From NCBI GenBank assembly GCA_046538735.1, contig JBKHII010000002.1, positions 23,235 through 87,234 of the forward strand: a stretch of DNA of 64,000 nt, read 5' to 3'. The position numbers were made by a program, and so were the translations under genes. The notes beneath the pieces were generated by a model. That model was not told where the DNA came from and made no database searches. It saw nothing but the letters and a program-made list of their open reading frames with translations. Every line of letters begins with the position of its first letter. Position 1 is the stretch's first letter. Below are positions 42,789 to 52,112 of the stretch, piece by piece. This DNA is from Spirochaetales bacterium (GTDB lineage: Bacteria > Spirochaetota > Spirochaetia > DSM-27196 > SLST01).

Positions 42789-43409
42789 ATGCCGGACGCA
42801 CCGCGCGCGAGCTCCAAACCCAAACACCTCTTCGGCGGCAAGCTCCGCACGGTCCGGCAACGCAAGGCGATGACGCTCAAGACGGTCGCGTCCGCTGCGG
42901 GAATCAGCGAGGGCTTGCTGAGTCAGATCGAGCGAAACAAGGTTTCGCCCTCCATCGACACGCTCCTCTCGATCGCCGAGGTGCTGGACATTGACCTCGA
43001 CTACCTGTTTCGCGAGGTGAAGCGCACGAAACCGGTCGAGGTCACTCGGCGCGGCGAGCGAGCGACCGAACGAGAGGACGGGGTCGTCTTCCATCGCTTG
43101 TCGCGACTGACGGACACCGATCGCAAACACTCGATCGAGGCGGTCTACCTGGAGATCGAACCGGGCGGCTCCACCGGACACGGAGAGTACGGGCACCCGG
43201 GGCGCGAGCTTGGATACATCGAGGCGGGGATCGCCGAGCTCGAGTACGGGACGGAGACGTACCGCCTGCGCGACGGCGACTGCGTCTCGTTCAGCTCGGA
43301 TATTCCCCATACGCTCCGGAACCCGGGCGATCAGCCCCTGCGCGCGGTCTGGGTGAACACACCGCCCCGCGCCGGTCGGGGAGCGGGTTACCGAATGGAG
43401 GAATCGTAG
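42789..43409 (+). CDS. XRE-family HTH regulator with a C-terminal cupin domain
   Basis: LRTVRQRKAMTLKTVASAAGISEGLLSQIERNKVSPS plus cupin (GDCVSFSSDIPHTLRNPG). Same architecture as the gene at 11864. Its stop overlaps the next GTG by 1 nt. Confidence 0.85.
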   Translation: MPDAPRASSKPKHLFGGKLRTVRQRKAMTLKTVASAAGISEGLLSQIERNKVSPSIDTLLSIAEVLDIDLDYLFREVKRTKPVEVTRRGERATEREDGVVFHRLSRLTDTDRKHSIEAVYLEIEPGGSTGHGEYGHPGRELGYIEAGIAELEYGTETYRLRDGDCVSFSSDIPHTLRNPGDQPLRAVWVNTPPRAGRGAGYRMEES

Positions 43410-44608
43410 TGGGCAAGACGATTGTGGAACGGATTCTCTCGCGGGCCGGCGGTGCGGACGCCCACGCAGGAGACATCGTGGACGCGTCGGTCTCGTACGT
43501 CATGACGAACGACGCAGTCGGTGAGCTCACGATCAAGGCGTTCGAGGAGCTCGGACGCGGGATGTGGGATCCCGGGCGGACCGTGGTGATTCTCGACCAC
43601 TACATCCCGGCATCGTCGCCGAACGCGGCTCGTGTCCATGCTCTTCTGCGACGCTTCGCCCGGAACCACGGAGCGCACCTCTTCGATCAGACCGGTGTCT
43701 GCCACCAGATCATGCTCGAGCAGTTCGTTCGTCCCGGCGATCTCGTCATCGGCACCGACTCGCACACGTGCACGTACGGCGGAGTCGGCGCATTCGGGAC
43801 CGGCGTGGGCTCAACGGACGGGGCCGCGGCCATGGCAACGGGACACCTGTGGCTGAAGGTTCCCGAGACCGTGCGGATCGAGCTCCGCGGTGCGCTGCGG
43901 CCCAACGTGTCCGCGAAGGACGTTGCGCTTCACCTGGTGGGCACGCTGGGAGCGGACGGGGCGACGTACCAGGCGTTGGAGCTCGGCGGTCCGGGCGCAG
44001 ATGGAATCACGACCGAGGGACGTTGCACGATCTGCAACATGGCGATCGAAGCCGGCGCAAAGACCGGGATCTTCGAGACCGGCGACATAGCCCCGGATCC
44101 GGACGCCGTGTACTCCCGGACGATCACGGTGGAACTGGAAGTGGTCGAACCGATGATCGCGATTCCGTATGCCGTGGATAACGTTCGCCCCGCCCGCGAC
44201 CTCGCCGGGACGCGGATCGACCAGGCGTTCGTGGGATCGTGCACGAACGGGCGCATCGAGGATCTTCGCGCGGCGGCCGCGCAGCTTGCCGGGAAGCATG
44301 TGCACCCGCGCGTTCGGCTTCTCGTGACGCCGGCTTCCAGCGACGTCTACCTCCAGGCGACGACCGAGGGGCTGATCGAAACGTTCATCCGGGCCGGCGC
44401 GATCGTCTGCAATCCGGGCTGCTCGGCGTGCTTCGGCGGCCAGGGAATGCTCGATGCGGGAGAGGTCTGCATCGGGTCGCACAACCGGAACTTCCGGGGA
44501 CGGATGGGCCACCCGGACGCGAAGGTCTACCTCGCGTCCCCGGAGACCGTGGCGCTCTCGGCGATCGCGGGAGAAATCGTCGACCTAACTCAAGGAGGCA
44601 CTCCATGA
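43409..44608 (+). CDS. aconitase-superfamily dehydratase large subunit (LeuC/HacA type)
   Basis: MTNDAVGE, GTDSHTCTYGGVGAFGTGVGSTD, CTICNMAIEAGA, GSCTNGRIEDL, CNPGCSACFG, SHNRNFRGRMG. 399 aa, GTG start. Confidence 0.85.
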   Translation: MGKTIVERILSRAGGADAHAGDIVDASVSYVMTNDAVGELTIKAFEELGRGMWDPGRTVVILDHYIPASSPNAARVHALLRRFARNHGAHLFDQTGVCHQIMLEQFVRPGDLVIGTDSHTCTYGGVGAFGTGVGSTDGAAAMATGHLWLKVPETVRIELRGALRPNVSAKDVALHLVGTLGADGATYQALELGGPGADGITTEGRCTICNMAIEAGAKTGIFETGDIAPDPDAVYSRTITVELEVVEPMIAIPYAVDNVRPARDLAGTRIDQAFVGSCTNGRIEDLRAAAAQLAGKHVHPRVRLLVTPASSDVYLQATTEGLIETFIRAGAIVCNPGCSACFGGQGMLDAGEVCIGSHNRNFRGRMGHPDAKVYLASPETVALSAIAGEIVDLTQGGTP

Positions 44609-45102
44609 AGTCGCTCCGAGGGACGGCTCGCGTGTTCGGCGACAACGTGGACACGGACATCATCATCCCCGCCCGGCACCTCGTCCTGCCGTTGGAGGAG
44701 ATGAAGGCGTTTGCGATGGAGCCCGTTCGCCCCGGCTTCGCCGCAGAGGTCGTGCCCGGAGACGTGATCGTTGCGGGGCGCAACTTCGGCTGCGGATCGA
44801 GCCGAGAGCAGGCTCCGGCCGTCCTGAGGGCGCTCGGGATCCGGGCGATCGTCGCGGAGAGCTTCGCACGCATTTTCTTCCGAAACGCAATCAACCTGGG
44901 GATCCCGGTGCTCGAGTGCTCCGGCCTCCATGGAGCTGTTACCGAAGGAGACGAGATCGAGGTCGACCCGGCCGAGGGCGCGGTCCGCGTGCACTACGCG
45001 GATGGGTCGGCACTCTTCGAGGCGACCCGGCTTCCCGCCTTCCTGCTCGAAGTGATCCGGGACGGCGGGTTGATCGCGCACCTCAGGCAGGGCGGCGCGT
45101 AG
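44605..45102 (+). CDS. aconitase-superfamily dehydratase small subunit (LeuD/HacB type)
   Basis: FGDNVDTDIIIPARHL, AGRNFGCGSSREQAPAVL, ESFARIFFRNAINLG. ATGA overlap with the large subunit gene. Confidence 0.85.
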   Translation: MKSLRGTARVFGDNVDTDIIIPARHLVLPLEEMKAFAMEPVRPGFAAEVVPGDVIVAGRNFGCGSSREQAPAVLRALGIRAIVAESFARIFFRNAINLGIPVLECSGLHGAVTEGDEIEVDPAEGAVRVHYADGSALFEATRLPAFLLEVIRDGGLIAHLRQGGA

Positions 45103-46000
45103 AGCCGGCGTCCGCCTCCGTCTCTTCCTCCGGCTTCCCAGCCGGGGCCGCATTCGCCGGGCGCTTGCGGGCGAACGCGTTCGTGATGCGATCGATGATG
45201 ATCGCGAGGAAGACGATTGCCAGGCCGGCTTCGAAGCCGGTACCGATATCCACACGGTTGATCGAGAGGAGCACCTGCATCCCGAGACCGCGATTTCCGA
45301 TCATCGAGCCGATGACGACCATCGCGAGCGCCATCATCGTGGTCTGGTTCACACCGACCATGATCGAAGGACGCGCCAGCGGGAGCTGGACGTCGAAGAG
45401 CAGATTCCACCGGTTCGCACCGAACGCCTCGGCAGCCTCGATCGTGTCCGGGGAGACCTCGCGAATCCCCACGTCGGTCAGTCGGATGACGGGGGGAATC
45501 GCGTAGATGAGCGTCGCGAAGGTCGCGGGCACGCGCCCCAATCCAAAGAGCATCAGCGCCGGGATCAGGTAGACGAAGGAGGGCATCGTCTGCATCGCGT
45601 CCAGAACGGGGGTGAGTACGCGTTTCACCGGCGTGCTCCACGCCATGATGATGCCGACCGGGATCCCGATGCCGACTGATATCACCACCGATACGATCAC
45701 GACGGAGAGCGTGGTCATCGCCTCGCCCCAGTAACCGAATGCGCCAACGAGCAGGAGCATGATTGCCATGGAGACGCCGTGCTTCCATGTGCCGATCATG
45801 CGCCACGCGACGACGCCTACGGCGGCGACGAGCACGAACCACGGGACGAAGAGCAGACCGCGCTCAACGGCGATGAGCACCTGGAGCCCCACGCCACCGA
45901 TCCACTCGAAGAGACCACCGAGGTTGTCCAGGACCCAGTCCATCGCCGCATCGACCCATCCGGCAAGCGGGACTCGGAGCCATTCTGGAAACTCAAGCAT
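45083..46000 (-). CDS. proW: glycine betaine/proline ABC transporter permease
   Basis: LDAMQTMPSFVYLIPALMLFGLG, EAAEAFGANRWNLLFDVQLPLARPSIMVG: ProW/OpuAB pattern. 8-nt overlap with proV. The 3' end overlaps the convergent leuD-like gene by 20 nt. Confidence 0.9.
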   Translation of the reverse strand: MLEFPEWLRVPLAGWVDAAMDWVLDNLGGLFEWIGGVGLQVLIAVERGLLFVPWFVLVAAVGVVAWRMIGTWKHGVSMAIMLLLVGAFGYWGEAMTTLSVVIVSVVISVGIGIPVGIIMAWSTPVKRVLTPVLDAMQTMPSFVYLIPALMLFGLGRVPATFATLIYAIPPVIRLTDVGIREVSPDTIEAAEAFGANRWNLLFDVQLPLARPSIMVGVNQTTMMALAMVVIGSMIGNRGLGMQVLLSINRVDIGTGFEAGLAIVFLAIIIDRITNAFARKRPANAAPAGKPEEETEADAGSTRRPA

Positions 46001-47282
46001 CTGCGCTGTCCTCCTCCGGAGTGTGCAACACTTCGAGAATCGCGCGGGGTCGGATGACTCCGAGGAGTCTCCCCGCCTCATCGGTGACGGGAAGCGGGTA
46101 GCTTTCGGCGCTCACGAGACCGAAGAGATCCTCAATGAGCACCTCGGGCCGAACCGGCTCCGGGCGAACGAGATTCGATTCGTCGATCGACTTGACCTGG
46201 TCCTTGATGAGCGCATTCACGTGATCGCGGGTGCAGATTCCGAGGTAGCAGTGTTTCTTGTCCACCATGAACGCCCACTCTCGCTTCGTGTGCTCAAGCT
46301 CCGCGAGAGCGGCACGCGGCCCCTGCCACCGGTAGAGCAGCACTTCCGGATCGTCCATGACGGTCGCGGCGCAATAGACGCGCGCCGCGGAGGCGTCCCG
46401 CGTGAACGCGCGAACGTAGTCGTCGTGCGGGTTGCTGAGGATCGCCTCCGGCTCCGCGACTTGAACGATCTCGCCGTCGCGCATGATGGCGATCCGATCG
46501 CCGAGCTTGAGTGCTTCGTGCAGATCGTGCGTCACGAAGACGATCGTCTTCCCGAGTTGGTCCTGCAGGTCGATGAACTCGTCCTGCAGCTGGCGACGGA
46601 TGAGCGGGTCGAGCCCGCTGAACGGCTCGTCCATGAGGAGGATGTCGGGATCGGTCGCGAGCGCTCGGGCGAGGCCGACGCGCTGCTGCATGCCGCCGGA
46701 CAAGGCAGCCGGGTGATACGACTCCCATCCGGTGAGGCCAACGGTTGCCAGCGCGGTACGAGCGCGCTCTTCACGACGATCCTGGTCCTCGCCGCGGAGC
46801 TTCAGCCCGTAGGCTGCGTTCTCGAGCACAGTGTAGTGCGGCAGCAGCCCGTAGTTCTGGAAGACCATGCTGATGGACCGACGCCTGAACTCGAGCAGCT
46901 CGTGCGAGCTCATGCCGAGCACGTCGGCGCCGTCAACCCGGAGGGTTCCGGTCGTCGGTTCGACGAGACGAATCAGCGTCCGAATGAGCGTCGATTTCCC
47001 GCTCCCCGATAGCCCCATCAGAACGAACAGCTCACCCGACTTGACCTCGAAGCTGACGTCTCGCAGACCCACGACGTTCCCGGTCCGCTCCTGGATCTGC
47101 GACTTCGAGAGATCGCGGAGGCCGGGAGCAAGAACCTGTTCGGGATTGCGCCCGAAAACCTTCCAGAGCCCGTCAACCCGGACAGCGACATCGCTGTCCG
47201 GGGCGGATGGGGCGTCGCCGAGAGATGACGAGTCGGGCCGGCCGGCGGAGGCCGACGGAGCGTCGGTATCAGTGTCGGACAT
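45993..47282 (-). CDS. proV: glycine betaine/proline ABC transporter ATPase with tandem CBS domains
   Basis: GLSGSGKST, LSGGMQQRVGLARAL, LLMDEPFSGLDP, VTHDL. The C-terminal ~120 aa are CBS-like. Start at ATG 47282 (MSDTDTD...). Confidence 0.9.
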   Translation of the reverse strand: MSDTDTDAPSASAGRPDSSSLGDAPSAPDSDVAVRVDGLWKVFGRNPEQVLAPGLRDLSKSQIQERTGNVVGLRDVSFEVKSGELFVLMGLSGSGKSTLIRTLIRLVEPTTGTLRVDGADVLGMSSHELLEFRRRSISMVFQNYGLLPHYTVLENAAYGLKLRGEDQDRREERARTALATVGLTGWESYHPAALSGGMQQRVGLARALATDPDILLMDEPFSGLDPLIRRQLQDEFIDLQDQLGKTIVFVTHDLHEALKLGDRIAIMRDGEIVQVAEPEAILSNPHDDYVRAFTRDASAARVYCAATVMDDPEVLLYRWQGPRAALAELEHTKREWAFMVDKKHCYLGICTRDHVNALIKDQVKSIDESNLVRPEPVRPEVLIEDLFGLVSAESYPLPVTDEAGRLLGVIRPRAILEVLHTPEEDSADA

Positions 47283-47290
47283 GACGGCGG

Positions 47291-48271
47291 TCACTCCACG
47301 GAGAGCGCGTCTCGAACGTTGTCGGCCACCGCGTCGCCGACCCACTCCGTCCAGACGTCGTCGCGGTTCTCGAGGAACCACAACGCTGCCTCCTGCGCAT
47401 CCTCGGCCTCGGTACTCAGGATGTTGAGGAACTCGTTGTTGACCTCAACGCTCGTATGGTAGTTCGCGAGGAACTCGGCGACTTCCGGCATCTCCTCGTA
47501 ACTCTCCGCGTTCATCAGAACGTCAACATCCGCTGCCGGGAACTCGCTGCCTTCGAGTCGAACCATATCCAGCTGATACATGATCGCCGTCGGCGCCCAG
47601 TAGTACCCGACCCATGGCTCTCCCTGCTCGTACGCCCCGCGCATGGAAGCGGCGAGCGACGCGCCGGAGCCGGGCAGGAAGGCCGTGTAGTACTCGTACA
47701 GGCCGTGCTCTTCCATCAGTTCTTCGCTGATCTGCGTCGCGAGCCATCCCGGAGGACCGACGAGAATTCGACCCATCCCGGGATTTTCGGGATCCGGAAA
47801 GAGATCGGCGTACTCGGGAAGGTCGTCGATCGAGCGGAGATCGGGAGCGGATGCCTCGATACCGCGTTCCGGATCGCCCTCGAGCATGTAGCGCGGAATC
47901 CACCATCCTTGAGGACCGTCCGGAAGGTTCTCGCCCAGATTGACGATCGTTCCGTCCTCGAGCTGCTCGGCGTACGCCTCAGGGTAGTTCGAATGCCAGG
48001 ACTCCATCATGACGTCCACATCGCCGGAGGCCACACCGTTGAAGAGCGGGACCGTGTCTCCGGGCACGTAGTCGGCGACGTAGTCGCCGTAGCCGTTCTC
48101 GAGAATGAATGCTGCGATCCGGTTGTGCACGAGGATGCTATCCCACGACGCGTCTGCGAAAACGACCGTGGTGACATCCTCGCCCGCCTCGCCCTGACAA
48201 CCGGCAAAGAACAGCGCCAGTACCAGAAGCGAGACGACCACCGGAATCCGTGCTCCCATGATAGGTTTCAT
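47291..48271 (-). CDS. proX: glycine betaine ABC transporter substrate-binding lipoprotein
   Basis: Lipobox LFFAGC, then an acidic, aromatic-rich ProX/OpuAC-like domain (WDSILVHN, WWIPRY). AAGGAG Shine-Dalgarno. Confidence 0.8.
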   Translation of the reverse strand: MKPIMGARIPVVVSLLVLALFFAGCQGEAGEDVTTVVFADASWDSILVHNRIAAFILENGYGDYVADYVPGDTVPLFNGVASGDVDVMMESWHSNYPEAYAEQLEDGTIVNLGENLPDGPQGWWIPRYMLEGDPERGIEASAPDLRSIDDLPEYADLFPDPENPGMGRILVGPPGWLATQISEELMEEHGLYEYYTAFLPGSGASLAASMRGAYEQGEPWVGYYWAPTAIMYQLDMVRLEGSEFPAADVDVLMNAESYEEMPEVAEFLANYHTSVEVNNEFLNILSTEAEDAQEAALWFLENRDDVWTEWVGDAVADNVRDALSVE

Positions 48272-48300
48272 CGATGACTCCTTGAGCTGTGATCTTTTGG

Positions 48301-48329
48301 ACCATATGGAAATAAGGGTGTCCCGTCAA
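48301..48329 (-). promoter_or_regulatory. candidate promoter of proXVW (TTGACG-17-TATGGT)
   Basis: On the minus strand: TTGACG (48329-48324), 17 nt, TATGGT (48306-48301). It lies about 30 nt upstream of the ATG at 48271. Confidence 0.35.
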
Positions 48330-48489
48330 CTGCGGTAGCTGCCGAGAGTCACGAGGAGCGCGGGTCAAGCGATGATGCGATTATTAAATAATTAGCAGGA
48401 AGAGGTTTATATGATCGGTGTCCGGATGTTGTCATATGGAGGCCACGAAAGATAACGAGCCGAAATATTTGAACACAAATTTTGATAGA

Positions 48490-48532
48490 TGTCACGAACG
48501 GCGGTTCCGTGTGGCGCCCAACGTTCGTGACA
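48490..48532 (-). terminator. 11-bp inverted repeat immediately downstream of the flavoprotein gene's stop
   Basis: TGTCACGAACG (48490-48500) and CGTTCGTGACA (48522-48532) with a 21-nt loop. It starts 3 nt after the stop at 48535 and is followed on the minus strand by an A/T-rich tract. Confidence 0.4.
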
Positions 48533-48534
48533 GA

Positions 48535-49125
48535 TCACGAGCGCAGCGCGCCCGCGAGCCGGGTCCGGTAGTCGCGAACTCGCGCGTGGTCCCGTCCGAG
48601 TGCACCGGGCCCGAAGTAGCCGCGAAACCGCACGGTGCACGCGAGACCCACGCCGAGCGCCTCCAGTGGACGCGTGAGCGCCTCGGAGGCGAAGCCGAGG
48701 TCGTGATCGCTCAGTTGCTCGCCGGTCACGGCGGTGACGGCTCGGATTCCACGATCGGCGATGCGCGATGACCACCGGTGACGGTCTGCGGGATCGAAGT
48801 CGTAGAAGCAGTAGAGACGATCGATGAACGCCTTCATCCAGCTCGTGACGTTGTAGTTGTAGACGGGTGAGGCGAGGACCCAGACCTCCGCGGCGAGCAG
48901 GCGCGGGTACCACGGCGTCAGGTCGTCGTCCAGTCCGGTGCACACCCCGTCGCGACGGCACCGCTCACACGCGATGCACGAGCCGAAATCGATCGCGGAG
49001 AGCTGCAAGCGCCGGGTTCGGTATCCGAGCTCGGTCAGGGTCTCCCCGGCGACGCCGAGCGCGAACGCGGTATTGCCGTGAGTTCTCGGGCTCCCCGAGA
49101 CGAGTACTGCCGACCGTTCGTTCAT
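48535..49125 (-). CDS. iron-sulfur flavoprotein (Isf-like, NADPH-dependent FMN reductase fold)
   Basis: VLVSGSPRTHGNT flavodoxin-like N-terminus, and the compact cluster motif CIACERCRRDGVC (CxxCxxCx5C) known from Isf proteins. Confidence 0.8.
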   Translation of the reverse strand: MNERSAVLVSGSPRTHGNTAFALGVAGETLTELGYRTRRLQLSAIDFGSCIACERCRRDGVCTGLDDDLTPWYPRLLAAEVWVLASPVYNYNVTSWMKAFIDRLYCFYDFDPADRHRWSSRIADRGIRAVTAVTGEQLSDHDLGFASEALTRPLEALGVGLACTVRFRGYFGPGALGRDHARVRDYRTRLAGALRS

Positions 49126-49586
49126 GGCTCTACCATAGCACGGGGTGCGCCGATCAGGTCGGTGCGCCACAGGTCACGAGTGACGCCTGTGACGAGTACA
49201 GTCGTCATCCCGGCTTCTCCGGCGTCGCGCAGCTCCTCGCTGCCCCCGTCCCCCACGAACGCACCCTCCTCGGCACGCACCCCCAGCCGTTCGAGACAGA
49301 GCTCGTAGATCTCGGGATCGGGCTTCGCGCATCCAACGTCGCACGAGAAGACGGCCTCGTGAAAGTACTCGGACGCCGGGCTCTCGTCCCACCGGGCGGC
49401 TTCCGTCACGTCGGCGTTGCTGACCAGCGCGAGGTGCTTCCCTGCTGCTCGCAACGCCCGAAGAACCTCAAGGTTCTCCGGGGGAATGACGTCGTCCGCT
49501 ACGGGGGATCGATGGCGTGAGCCATTCCGCGAACGATCGTGAGCGACGCCGCCCGCGTCGGCATCGTTCGGATCGTGCAGGTTCAT
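49122..49586 (-). CDS. HAD-like hydrolase lacking the N-terminal catalytic motif I (truncated, possibly non-functional)
   Basis: Motifs II-IV are present (LALVSN, AKPDPEIY, VGDGGSEEL). No DxDxT and no first cap segment in any upstream frame. ATGA overlap with the downstream flavoprotein gene. Confidence 0.55.
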   Translation of the reverse strand: MNLHDPNDADAGGVAHDRSRNGSRHRSPVADDVIPPENLEVLRALRAAGKHLALVSNADVTEAARWDESPASEYFHEAVFSCDVGCAKPDPEIYELCLERLGVRAEEGAFVGDGGSEELRDAGEAGMTTVLVTGVTRDLWRTDLIGAPRAMVEP

Positions 49587-49741
49587 CGGGTGGCAGTATC
49601 GCACGGAAGTGTGGTGCGCCGCAGCCCGGGCGACATCCCGGGGCACGGGAGGGAGCAACGCGATTCGTCATGACCGGTGGCTCCCATTCGGGTCCGGACG
49701 TATCTTGGTCCGGCGGAGTCCGGATCGGAAAGGGAGCCTTC

Positions 49742-50030
49742 ATGCGAAAACACGTGTACGTGTCAGTCACATGCCTCGGGATCGCGGCGCTGGCGATCGG
49801 GTGTGCCTCGAGTCCGTCCGACCCACCGAACCAACGCCGAGGCGCTCGCAACGCACACGTCGGGACTGCCCGACCTGCCTCCCAACCTGGTGCGCGCGCT
49901 CGGGTGGCTTTCGGGTCAGGCCGACGATCCGTTCGCGAGCTCCGATCGGGCCGCGCTGGAGCAGTCTCTTGAGCAGGCGCGTCCTCCGGCCCCTACAAGC
50001 CGGTCTCTTCAATCAACCGGCGCATCATGA
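49742..50030 (+). pseudogene. small lipoprotein gene with an apparent 1-nt frameshift
   Basis: ATG 49742 opens MRKHVYVSVTCLGIAALAIGCASSPSDPP (lipobox AIGC). From about 49827 the coding-like, G/C3-rich frame is the neighbouring one (TNAEALATHTSGLPDLPPNLVRALGWLSGQADDPF...). Removing one A in CCGAACC joins the two. Confidence 0.3.
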
Positions 50031-51204
50031 GCCAGAGATTCAGCACCCGGAGATTGATCGCCGGAGACGAGTTCATGAGCACGACGAGACCGGTACGCCT
50101 GACGGGATTGAACATCGCCACCGTGAAGACCCCGGGGTCACCTCCGGTGTGGCCGAGCACCTCGCCGTCCGGAGCGTAGAGACCAAGATCACCGAGGGGA
50201 TCCGGATGCCAGGTGAGCGGCGTGCCGCCTCCGGGTGATCCGCCTCCGAGCATGAGATGCACGGTCTCCGGTTCGAGGATTCGATTGCCGTGCAGCGCAC
50301 CGCCGTTCAACATCGCGATCAGGAACGCCGCGTAGTCCTCGGCCGTCGCTCGAAGCGTGCCGTCCGGGTAGGTCGCGAACGAGTAGAACGGCAGCCGCTC
50401 GGATCGGCCCTCGTAGGGAACCGCGAGGCGATCGAGATCGGTGTCCGCGAGCATCCAGGTAGCGGAATCCATGCCGAGAGGTTCGAAGATGTTCTCACGG
50501 CAGTAGTCGGGAAACGAGTCTCGCGATACGACTTCCACGATGTACCCAAGCAGGGCGTAGCCCACGTTCGAGTAGGCGCGCGCGGTTCCCGGCGCGGTGT
50601 CGGCGAAGTTGGCGCCGTCTGCGTACCAGCGACCGCCTTCCGTCAGGAAGCCTCGAGCGACCTCTTCGAGGGTGACCGGAGAATCGCCTCCCCCGGAGCC
50701 GATCGTGTAGAGCGATTCGTACGGCTCCGACTGCTCGCTGATGCTCGAGCTGTGCGTCAGGAGCATGCGGATGGTGATTGGTACATCGGGATGCTCGGGG
50801 TGGACGATCGCGAACGGAAGCACCGTGGAGATGTCCTGATCGAGCCCCACGAGTCCGCGCTCCGCGAGCTGCATCACCGCGGTGCCGGTAACGGTCTTTG
50901 AAACGGACGCGAGCTGGAATCGCGTCTCCGCGGTGACCGGCCGTTCGTGTTCCACGTCGGCATAGCCGAATGAAGACGTCCACGCGATCTCCTCGCCTGA
51001 CGTCATGACGATCGCCGCGCCCGGTACGCCGGCCCGCGCGAGCTTGGTCCGGACGAACTCGGCGGTGTCCGCCTGGTTACGGAAGCTGACGGTTGCCAGG
51101 AGCACAGCCGCGGCGACCACGACAGCAACTCCAAGAACGATCAGCGCGATTCGGACGATCCGCGCCCAGAGCGGTCGCCCGCCTTGTCCGGAAGGCAGTC
51201 TCAT
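49993..51204 (-). CDS. serine hydrolase of the class-C beta-lactamase/PBP family, membrane-anchored
   Basis: N-terminal TM anchor, SVSK (SxxK) active-site motif in FQLASVSKTVTG, YSNVGY (YxN), HTGG near the C-terminus. Confidence 0.9.
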   Translation of the reverse strand: MRLPSGQGGRPLWARIVRIALIVLGVAVVVAAAVLLATVSFRNQADTAEFVRTKLARAGVPGAAIVMTSGEEIAWTSSFGYADVEHERPVTAETRFQLASVSKTVTGTAVMQLAERGLVGLDQDISTVLPFAIVHPEHPDVPITIRMLLTHSSSISEQSEPYESLYTIGSGGGDSPVTLEEVARGFLTEGGRWYADGANFADTAPGTARAYSNVGYALLGYIVEVVSRDSFPDYCRENIFEPLGMDSATWMLADTDLDRLAVPYEGRSERLPFYSFATYPDGTLRATAEDYAAFLIAMLNGGALHGNRILEPETVHLMLGGGSPGGGTPLTWHPDPLGDLGLYAPDGEVLGHTGGDPGVFTVAMFNPVRRTGLVVLMNSSPAINLRVLNLWLMMRRLIEETGL

Positions 51205-51231
51205 TCGGTTCTTCTCCTCTCTAGAGCGCGG

Positions 51232-52053
51232 TCATCCTACCAGGAACCCGCGAAGGTCGGACGGATAGGACGGGTGGGAAGCCGCATTCGCATGGCCTCG
51301 TCCCGGATAGAGAATGAGCCGAGATCCGGGGATAAGCGCCGCGGTCTTCTCCTGTAGATCCTTCGGAAAGCAGAGGTCCGCGTCGCCTCCGATCACTACC
51401 ACCGGATCGCGAACGGAGCCGAGGTCGGCTTCGGCATCGTGAAGCCTGCACGCCTCGGCCTCGACGAGAACGTCCGATGCGAAGTGCTCGTGATGCTTCT
51501 CGGCCAGGATCGGGCTCATCGCGCGCATGAGAACACTCAGAAACATCCGGCGCACGCCCGGCGGGTAGAGATAGCCCATCACTGCGGCGTACGCGCGTCC
51601 GTGTCTGCCCGCCGCGAGGTGTGCGGCGAATTGCCGGTCGAGCTCCGCTGCGCGCGGATCGCCGCGATACGCCGTGGAGAGGAGGACGAGTCGATCGGCG
51701 CAGCCGGGATGGTCGGCGGCGAGGTACTGCGCGATCATACCGCCCATCGACATACCGATCACCGCGTCCACGCGTCCTCCGAACTCCTCGGCGATGACGC
51801 GCGCGACATCGCCGGCCATCGCCCGCGTAGTGAAGCCCGGCGGTTGGCCGATGCGCCGGGTAACGATCCAGACGGTGTACTCATCGCCGACCGGCACTGC
51901 GGGCTTGGAGTACATCGTGAACGACAGCCCACGAGGCGCATCGTTTCCCGGTCCACCGGCGAGCATAAGCAGCGTGCGCGGGCCGTTGCCGAATCTCGCA
52001 TACGGTATGCCCTGGGGAAAGATGCCGGTCGCTACGTTGCGAAGACGAGACAC
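51232..52053 (-). CDS. alpha/beta-fold hydrolase
   Basis: LLMLAGGPG, nucleophile elbow GMSMGG, C-terminal GRGHA. GTG 52053 is preceded by GGAGG. Confidence 0.8.
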   Translation of the reverse strand: MSRLRNVATGIFPQGIPYARFGNGPRTLLMLAGGPGNDAPRGLSFTMYSKPAVPVGDEYTVWIVTRRIGQPPGFTTRAMAGDVARVIAEEFGGRVDAVIGMSMGGMIAQYLAADHPGCADRLVLLSTAYRGDPRAAELDRQFAAHLAAGRHGRAYAAVMGYLYPPGVRRMFLSVLMRAMSPILAEKHHEHFASDVLVEAEACRLHDAEADLGSVRDPVVVIGGDADLCFPKDLQEKTAALIPGSRLILYPGRGHANAASHPSYPSDLRGFLVG

Positions 52054-52112
52054 GCGATACCTCCAATGTGAGCAACAGTCTACAGCGGGCCGGTCCGGGC
52101 AACCAGAGCGGC

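Noticed and set aside
48418-48771. 117-aa plus-strand ORF starting in the A/T-rich gap upstream of proX.
   Set aside because: It has a low-complexity, atypical codon pattern. Its second half is antisense to the Isf-like gene. The A/T-rich segment is better explained as the promoter/terminator region between proX and the flavoprotein gene.
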